Shown piece after piece: positions 55,623-64,000 of a DNA stretch of 64,000 bases (positions are counted from its first letter, which is position 1; the number at the start of each line of letters is the position of its first letter). The position numbers and the translations under genes were made by a program. The notes under the pieces were generated by a model that worked only from the letters and a program-made list of their open reading frames with translations, ran no database searches and was not told the origin of the DNA. Where the stretch lies: the NCBI RefSeq assembly GCF_009914755.1, contig NC_060935.1; one strand, written 5' to 3'. This stretch comes from the human T2T-CHM13v2.0 reference genome, Homo sapiens.

Positions 55623-58148
55623 TTATTTAATTATTGAATAAACAAGCTAAAAATCATGTTAAACTCAGGCCTATGTATTTTCCTGGTCACAGATTAGCAA
55701 TCATTTACACTTCCTAGTTATTTCCTATGACTATATTTTATAGTTGTAATAAACAGATGCATCTGAAATGAATTTAAAACAAGATAAACAATGGGACCTC
55801 ACTGCAAATGATGCTTGCCCAAACATGCCTGCTTTCATTCTCACTGGATGGTTAAAGTTTTGTGACATACATTCAGCCAAACATAATAAGCTACAAGATC
55901 GTTAAGACTTTAGCCACGTGTATTCCAGAACAAGAAACTTTGCCCTTGATGCTACAATTGATACTGGTAACATATTCAAGAATTTTTGTTTAAGTGCTGA
56001 GTTAAAATTATTTCTCATATCTGAGCCATACTGCAGAAGAAATATTGAATCAACTTTTCTTGCCCTCCTATCTGTCTACTATTTTCAGTTGTACTGTTTT
56101 ACTTTTTTTTCTTCTTGTTGCACATTTCTCATTATTGATTCAAGCTTATATGGGGTTTTCTTGGTTATTGACTCTCAATACCTATGCTAATTTTGACAGT
56201 GACCATTCTAGAGCTGTCCAAAAGATTGTGGTCTTATGTCTATTAACTTATCTATATTAGTCCTACTGGCAAGACCAATTCTGTTGTGGGTTTATAATTA
56301 TGAATATATGCCAGCCTGAAAGATTTATCTAATCTAACTAATTATTCTCATTTTGATTCCACGTTCACTGAACTGCCTTCTGGTTTGGATTTGGCTTCCA
56401 TCCTATATCTATCTGCATGGGAAAGTGCCCTAATCATGTAAATGTGAATATTCCCATTCCTGCAACCTCTCTATTTTATTTTAATACTAGAATTATGAAC
56501 ATAGTGACTGGGAATCATTCACAGTGAGATGGCTCTGTGCACAATGTGCTGGCAAATGCAGCATTCTGAGTCTAGAAGATAACAGAGACAACATGTTAGA
56601 TTTTCACCAAGCACATTGATGAGGAGCTGTATATTCATAACAGGATATTTTTTAAAATAATACTAACTTGTGGTTAAACTGGAAAATTCATATGAACTCA
56701 TGACCTTAATGATCTGTCTTCCTAGGTGTCTTGCTAATTTCTGGCATCGTGGAAATTTCACCCATAAAAGCTTTCATGTAGAACAATCTGGTATGTGCTT
56801 GCAGCATCCTGAAATTAGTATTTGAATTTATTTTGCATTCAATGGAATTAAATCTTTTTGGAGATGATCCCATGCTTTGGAATAGAAAAAAAAAGGCAAG
56901 ATGAACTCAGAATATCTTCTTGTTGCCAGAAATCAAAAATGATTTTATACTTTCCTGAGCAGTATCTTAAAAGACAGAATTTAGTTAAATGTGGTTCCCA
57001 ACAGATAAGTTGTAATAAAGTATGCATCAATAAATGAATTTTAATTATAATTAATAAAATTGAGTTGAACCTATAAAAAACATGAGTTTATGATTATATG
57101 AAAAATGAAAAATTTCAAATAAACTTTACAATATGAAAATTCAATACAAAAGCAGAGCAAATACATTAAACCATAATAAGTAATTAATTTAGTAAGTAGG
57201 TGGATACTTAGATCACTTAAATACATACAATATTCTTAAATTATGATATACTTATTTTTCTATTTGTTTCAGCAAAAAAGGGTGATTTCAAGAAACAGTG
57301 AGTAAGTCATATAGCATCAACAACATGCAATAAAATTATAGATTACCTGTATAACCACAGAAGAAAGCTGTCTACATAAATTCAGTCACTAATCTCAAGT
57401 ACAAAACTTCTGAATATCCCTAATAATTATAAAATAATAATAGTCAATTAAATTGTTAACTGAGGTGGACCACTCTCTAGCCAATATTTTATTGATATGG
57501 AAGCAAAGATGAGTCAGCCCCAGATCCTGAAACAAGGCATAAACTTGGAAAGTACCATTTATCTAGTAAGTAAACTTTTATTTAAGAAGAATCCAAGACC
57601 AATAAACACTGACTCAGGTTTCAGTCTACTTAGAAGATGTAAACAGATCCCTTGACACAACAAAGAATGAATAGGTCGATGAAATAGAATCTGCAATATC
57701 AGCTAGTTTGAGATTACATTCTGTTTGATCTGGGGATTGATAAAATTAGTGGACATAAATGAATAAAACTGTAACCTCAGGGATATATAAAATCATATTA
57801 GTATAGAGAAAATAATGAAACAAACAACCCACAGTATTGATAATTTGAAGCAGGCACTCTAAAAATTTTTGCATTAACTATTATATTTTTTGTGGTTTAA
57901 GGCATTTGGAGTATATAAAATAATTTGATACATTAGACTATGACTTCATTGAAGTGCTTTGAGATTTGACTAATTTTGTGTTCAATATCTAAATATTTAA
58001 GGGCTCAATTCACACAATTGATATTTAAGTACATTAATTATACTAACAAAGTTAACACTGCTCACTAGATTCATGATGTAAACAAAGGATGCACAGAAGG
58101 AAATATTCTTCTTCCTCTTAGTCTCCTAAGACTCTATACTGAGGGCTC

Positions 58149-58601
58149 TGTCAGGCCTCTGAGCTGAAGCTAAGCCATGGCATCCCCTGTGACCTGCACG
58201 TATACTCCCAGGTGGCCTGAAGTAACTGAAGAATCACAAAAGAAGTGAAAATGGCCTGTTCCTGCCTTAACTGATGACATTCCACCACAAAAGAAGTGAA
58301 AATGGCCAGTCCTTGCCTTAACTGATGACATTACCTTGTAAAATTCCTTTTCCTGGCTCATCCTGGCTAAAAAAGCTCCCCCACTGAGCACCTTGTGACC
58401 CCCACTCCTGCCCACCAGAGAACAACCCCCCTTTGACTGTAATTTTCCTTTACCTACCTAAATCTTATAAAACGACCCCACCCCATCTCCCTTCACTGAT
58501 TCTCTTTTCAGACTCAGCCCGCCTGCACCCAGGTGAAATAAACAGCCTTGTTGCTCACACAAAGCCTGTTTGGTGGTCTCTTCACACAGACGCACGTAAA
58601 A
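58149..58601 (+). promoter_or_regulatory. 5' LTR7 (type I, two repeats of about 50 bp)
   Basis: cacaaaagaagtgaaaatggcc...gccttaactgatgacatt twice; ttataaaa TATA box; aataaa. Confidence 0.95.
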
Positions 58602-58603
58602 TT

Positions 58604-58621
58604 TGATGCCATGACTCGGAT
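58604..58621 (+). promoter_or_regulatory. Primer-binding site, tRNA-His
   Basis: TGATGCCATGACTCGGAT versus TGGTGCCGTGACTCGGAT (16/18). Confidence 0.9.
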
Positions 58622-58744
58622 TGGGGGACCTCCCTTGGGAAATCAATACCCTGTCCTCCTGCTCTTTGCTCCGTGAGAAAGATCCACCTACGACCTCAGG
58701 TCCTCAGACTGACCAGCCCAAGGAACATCTCACCAATTTCAAAT

Positions 58745-58753
58745 CTGGTAAGT
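58745..58753 (+). promoter_or_regulatory. HERV-H major splice donor
   Basis: CTG/GTAAGT about 145 nt after the 5' LTR, at the usual HERV-H donor position. Confidence 0.8.
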
Positions 58754-59177
58754 GGCCTGTTTTTCTCTCTTCTCCAACTTCCCTCACTATCCCTAAACCT
58801 CTTTCTCCTTTCAATCTTGGTGCCACACTTCAATCTCTCCCTTCTCTTAATTTCAATTCCTTTCATTTTCTGGTAGAGACAAAGGAGACACATTTTATCC
58901 GTGGACCCAAAACTCTGGCGCCAGTCACGGACCCAGAAAGGCAGCCTTCCCTTGGTGTTTAATCATTGCGGGGACACCTCTCTGATTATTCACCCACGTT
59001 CCATTGGTGTCTGATCTCCACAGGGATGCCTGCCTTGATCATTCACCCACATTCCCTTGGTGGCAAGTCAATTGTGGGGACGCCTGCTTTGGCTGCTCAC
59101 CTACGTTGCAGCCCAGGGCTGCTCCCCACACCCTTCTCCATGTCTCTACCCTTCTCTTTAAACTTGCCTCCTTCAAT

Positions 59178-60440
59178 ATGGGCAAACTTCCACCCTCCAT
59201 TCCTCCTTCTTCTCCCTTAGCCTGTGTTCTTAAAAACTTAAAACCTCTTCAACTCTCCCCTAACCTAAAATCTAAGCATCTTATTTTCTTCTGCAACACC
59301 GCTTGGCCCCAATACAAACTTGACAATGGCTCTAAATGGCCAGAAAACGGCACTTTCAATTTCTGCATCCCACAAGATCTAAATAATTCTTGTTGTAAAA
59401 TAGGCAAACGGTCTGAGGTGCTTGATGTCCAGGCATTCTTTTACACATCAGTCCCTCCCTATTCTCTGTTTCCAATGCAACTCGTCCCAAATCTTCCTTC
59501 TTTCCCTCCCGCCTGTCCCCTCAGTCCCAACCCCAAGTGTCGCTCAGTCTTTCCTCTTTCCGACCTTTTCTACAGACCCATCTGACCTCTCCCCTACTCC
59601 CCAGGCTGCTCCTTGCCAGGCTAAGCTAGGTCCCAATTCTTCCTCAGCCTCCGCTCCTCTACCCTATAATCCTTTTATCACCTCCCCTCTTCACACCCCT
59701 TCCAGCTTACAGTTTCGTTCTGCGACTAGCCCTCCCCCACCTGCCCAGCAATTTCCTCTTAAAAAGTGGCTGGAGCTAAAGGCATAGTCAAGGCTAATGC
59801 TCCTTTTTCTTTATCCGACCTCTCCCAAATCAGTTAACGTTTAGGCTCTTTCATCAAATATAAAAACCCAGCTCAGTTCATGGCTCGTTTGGCAGCAACC
59901 CTGAGACACTTTACAGCCCTAGACCCTAAAAGGTCAAAAGGTCGTCTTATTCTCAATATACACTTTATTACCCAATCCACTCCCGACATTAAATAAAACT
60001 CCAAAAATTAAATTCCAGCCTTCAAACCCCACAACAGGACTCAATTAACCTTGCCTTCAAGGTGTACAATAATAAAGTAGAGGCAGCCAAGTAGCAATGT
60101 ATTTCTGAGTTGCAATTCCTTGCCTCCACTGTGAAACAAACCCCAGCCATATCTCCAACACACAAGAACTTCCAAACGCCTGAACCGCAGCTGCCAGGCA
60201 TTCCTCCAGGCCCACCTCCCCCAGGAGCTTGTTACAAGTGCCAAAAATCTGGCCACTGGGCCAGGGAATGCCCGCAGCCTGGGATTCCTCCTAAGCCATG
60301 TCCCATCTGTGCGGGACCACACTGAAAATCGGACTGTTCAACTCACCTGGCAGCCACTCCCAGAGCCCCTGGAACGCTGGCCCAATGCTCTCTGACTGAC
60401 TCCTTCCCAGATCTTCTCGGCTTAGCAGCTGAAGACTGAC
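59178..60440 (+). pseudogene. gag: HERV-H gag remnant
   Basis: MGKLPPSIPPSSPLACVLKNL, FFCNTAWPQYKLDNGSKWPENGT and zinc knuckle [14 protein letters not shown]; stops and frameshifts. Confidence 0.92.
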
Positions 60441-60479
60441 GCTGCCTGATTGCCTCAGAAGCCCCCTAGACGACCACAG

Positions 60480-60790
60480 ATGCTGATCTTCAGGTAACTC
60501 TCACAGTGGTAGGTAAGACCGTACCCTTCTTAATCAATACGGAGGCTAGCCACCCCACATTACCTTCTTTTCAAGGGCCTGTTTCCCTTGCCTCCATAAC
60601 TGTTGTGGGTATTGACGGCCAGGCTTCTAAACCCCTTAAAACTCCCCAATTCTGGTGCCAACTTAGACAATACTCTATTAAGCATTCCTTTTTAGTTATC
60701 CCCATCTGCCCAGTTCCCTTATTAGGCTGAGACACTTTAACTAAATTATCTGCTTCCCTGACTATTCCTGGGCTACAGCCACACCTCATT
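60480..60790 (+). pseudogene. pro: HERV-H protease remnant
   Basis: FLINTEAS (catalytic DTGA lost); HSFLVIPICPVPLLG then stop. Confidence 0.88.
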
Positions 60791-60799
60791 GCCACCTTT

Positions 60800-62180
60800 T
60801 ACCCCAGTTCAAAGCCTCCTTCACATCCTCCCCTTCTATCTCCCCACCTTAGCCCACAAGTGTAGGACACCTCTACTCCCTCCTTGGCAACCAATCATGC
60901 ACCCCTTACCATCTCATTAAAACCTAATCACCCTTACCCTGATCAACGCCAATATCCCTTCCTGAAGCACGCTTTAAAAAGATTAAAGCCTATTATCACT
61001 TGCCTGGTATAGCATGGTCTTTTAAAGCCTATAAACTCTCCTTACAATTCCCCCATTTTACCTGTCTTAAAACCAGACAAGCCTTACAGGTTAGTTCAGG
61101 ATGTGAGCCTTATCAACCAAATTGTTTTGCCTATCTGCCCCGTGGTGCCAAACCCATATACTCTCCTATCTTCAATACCTCCCTCCACAACCCATTATTC
61201 TGTTCTGGATCTCAAACATGCTTTCTTTACTATTCCTTTGCACCCTTCATCCCAGCCTCTCTTCGCTTTCACTTAGACTGACCCTGACACCCATTAGGCT
61301 CAGCAAATTACCTGGGCTGTAGTGCTGCAAGGCTTCACAGACAGCTCCCATTACTTCAGTCAAGCCCAAATTTCTTCCTCATCTGTTACCTATCTCAGCC
61401 TAATTCTCTTGAAAACACATGTGCTCTCCCTGCTGATCATGTCCAACTAATCTCCCAAACCCCAATCCCTTCTACAAAACAACTCCTTTCCTTCGTAGGC
61501 ATGGTTAGTGTGGTCAGAATTCTTACACAAGAGCCAGGACTGCGCCCCGTAGCCTTTCTGTCCAAACAAGTTGACCTTACTGTTTTAGCCTAGCCCTCAT
61601 GTCTGCGTGCAGCGGCTGCCACTGCCTTAATAGTTTTAGAGGCCCTCAAAATCACAAACTATGCTCAACTCACTCTCTGCAGTTCTCATAATTTCCAAAA
61701 TCTATTTTCTTCCTACCTGACGCATATACTTTCTGCTCCCCAGCTCTTTCAGGTGTACTCACTCTTTGTTGAGTCTCCCACAATTACCACTATTCCTGGC
61801 CCGGACTTCAATCTGGCCTCCCACATTATTCCAGATACCACACCTGACCCTCATGAGTGTATCTCTCTGATCCACCTGACATTCACCCCATTTCCCCACA
61901 TTTCTTTCTTCCCTGTTGCTCACCTTGATCACATTTAGTTTACTGATGGCAGTTCCACCAGGCCTAATCGCCACTCACCAGCAAAGGCAGGCTATGCTAT
62001 AGTACAAGCCACCAGCCCACCTCTTAGAACCTCTCATTTCCTTTCCATCGTGGAAATCCATCCTCAAGGAAATCACTTCTCAGTGTTCCATCTGCTATTC
62101 TACTACTCCTCAGGGATTATTCAGGCCCCTCCCTTCCCTACACATCAAGCTCAGGGATTTGCCCCCGCCCAGGACTGGCA
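60800..62180 (+). pseudogene. pol: HERV-H pol remnant with large deletions
   Basis: gttctggatctcaaacatgctttctttactattcc ([12 protein letters not shown]), QGFTDS, tttactgatggcagttcc (FTDGSS); only about 1.4 kb. Confidence 0.9.
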
Positions 62181-62229
62181 ACTCTTAACTCACTCTTAGA
62201 GTGGATAGATGATCTTTGCTGGCAGGGGA

Positions 62230-63090
62230 CCCTTCAATAGTTTCACCCTGATGAAGTTCTCTTCTTTACTTTTATACTCACTCTTATTCTCATTCCCATT
62301 CTTATGCCACCCTTTACCTCTCCCCAGCTATCTCCACCACACTATCAACCTTACTCATTCTCTCCTAGCCACTTCTAATCCTTCCTTAGTGAACAACCAC
62401 TGGCTTTGCATTTCCCTTTCTTCCAGCTCCTACACAGTTGTCCCCGCCTTACATGCAGACTAGGCAACATCTCCTGTCTCCCTACACCTCCCAACTTCCT
62501 TTAACAGCCCTCACCTTTACCCTCCTGAAGAACTCATTTACTTTCTAGACAGGTCCAGGAAGACCTCTCCAAACATTTCACATCAGCAAGCTGCTGCCCT
62601 CCTCCGCGCTTACCTAAAAAACCTTTCTCCTTATATCAACTCTACTCCCCCCATATTTGGACCTTTCACAACACAAACTACTATTCCTGTGGCTGCTCCT
62701 TTATATTTCTCTCAGCAAAGACCCACTGGAATTCCCCTAGGTAACCTTTCACCTTCTCAATGTCCATTTATTCCTCATCTCCAAAGCCCACCTACACACA
62801 TCACTGAAACAATTGGAGCCTTCCAGCTCCGTATTACAGACAAGCCCTCTATCAATACTGGCAAACTTAAAAACATTAGCAGTAATTATTGCTTAGGAAG
62901 ACACTTACCCTGTATTTCACTCCATCCTTGGCTACCTTCCCCTTACTCGTCAGACTCTCCTCCCAGGCCCTTTTCTTGTTTACTTATACCCAGCCCTGAA
63001 AATAACAGTGAAAGGTTGCTCGCAGACACTCGAACAAAACCGTATCCAGGCCATCACCAACAATTCTACATGACAAATGTTTCTTCTAAC
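62230..63090 (+). pseudogene. env: HERV-H env remnant (signal peptide and SU N-terminal part; most of TM deleted)
   Basis: MIFAG...LLYSLLFSFPFLCHPLPLPSYLHHTINLTHSLL...HWLCISL; CLGRHLPCISLHPW; stop at 62461. Confidence 0.85.
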
Positions 63091-63302
63091 AACCCCACAA
63101 TGTCACCCCTTACCACAAAATCTTCCTTCAGCTTAATCTCTCCCACTCTACGTTCCCATGCCGCCCCAATCCCGCTCGAAGCAACCCTGAGAAACATCAC
63201 ACATTATCTCTCCATACCACCCCCCCAAAAATTTTTTTTCACTGCCCCAACACTTCAATACTATTTTATGTTATTTTTCTTATTAATATAAGAAGGCAGG
63301 AA

Positions 63303-63760
63303 TGTCAGGCCTCTGAGCCGAAGCTAAACCATCGCATCGCCTGTGACCTGCAGGTATATGCCCAGATGGCCTGAAGTAACTGAAGAATCACAAAAGAAGT
63401 GAAAATGGCCTGTTCCTGCCTTAACTGATGACATTCCACCACAAAAGAAGTGAAAATGGCCAGTCCTTGCCTTAACTGATGACATTACCTTGTAAAATTC
63501 CTTTTCCTGGCTCATCCTGGCTAAAAAAGCTCCCCCACTGAGCACCTTGTGACCCCCACCCCTGCCCGCCAGAGAACAACCCCTTTTGACTATAATTTTC
63601 CTTTACCTACCCAAATCCTATAAAACCCAAATCCCCCACCTTTATCTCCCTTCGCTGACTCTCTATTCAGACTCAGCCCGCCTGCACCCAGGTGAAATAA
63701 ACAGCCGTGTTGCTCACACAAAGCCTGCTTGGTGGTCTCTTCACACAGACGCGTATGAAA
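63303..63760 (+). mobile_element. 3' LTR7
   Basis: Homologous to 58149-58601; preceded by the PPT; contains aataaa. Confidence 0.95.
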
Positions 63761-64000
63761 CTAACCCTGATAAATCAATGCCTAAGTGGTCTTCATACCA
63801 CGTGAAGCTCCTTTTGGACCACTCAACTGTCTAAATCATGAGGTAGTTGGGATGAGGAATTATAATTTAGTACTATAGTTAAATAAATTAAATTTATCTC
63901 TTGAACATAAGGATTTTCCTTACATCATTCTTTCAAGTAAAGTTTTATTTGTATTTTTATCTAACTCAATGTGATTATCATTTACTTCCTAACCAAAGAG

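Larger units (their letters stand above)
58149..63760 (+). mobile_element. HERV-H provirus (5.6 kb, deleted non-autonomous form) with two LTR7
   Basis: LTRs start tgtcaggcctctgagc; His PBS; gag, pro, pol and env remnants; PPT aagaaggcaggaa. Confidence 0.97.

Noticed and set aside
59004-59585. 193-aa ORF as a functional Gag
   Set aside because: Only the matrix N-terminus is in frame; a frameshift near 59440 and later stops break it.
62689-63291. 200-aa ORF as a possible domesticated env
   Set aside because: Non-ATG start, upstream stop at 62461, CWLC changed to HWLC, and no fusion peptide, ISD or TM; it reads out of frame after the deletion.

Overview
Primate (human or ape-like) AT-rich genomic DNA, dominated by transposable elements. 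No intact protein-coding gene, tRNA, rRNA or CRISPR array is supported; nearly all listed ORFs are Alu, L1 or ERV noise. Main components: (1) a nested stack at about 9.4-27.5 kb, where an old + strand L1MC-type element is split by a near full-length - strand L1MD-type element and carries two LTR12 solo LTRs, LTR1, MER4-group, MLT1A, other solo LTRs and Alus; (2) a decayed gag-pro-pol provirus with a tRNA-Pro PBS (HUERS-P group, - strand, 28.6-36.9 kb) with deleted env and a truncated 5' LTR; (3) a two-LTR HERV-H provirus (58149-63760). I found no convincing new biological system. The most unusual signals are a TSD-flanked 970-bp retroposed insert that ends at a MER93 poly(A) signal, a 193-bp perfect-identity tract between otherwise diverged HERV-H LTRs that also lack a matching TSD, two candidate + strand exons, and several local duplications. 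Repeat subfamily names come from recalled consensus sequences, not a database search, and boundaries of old elements are approximate.
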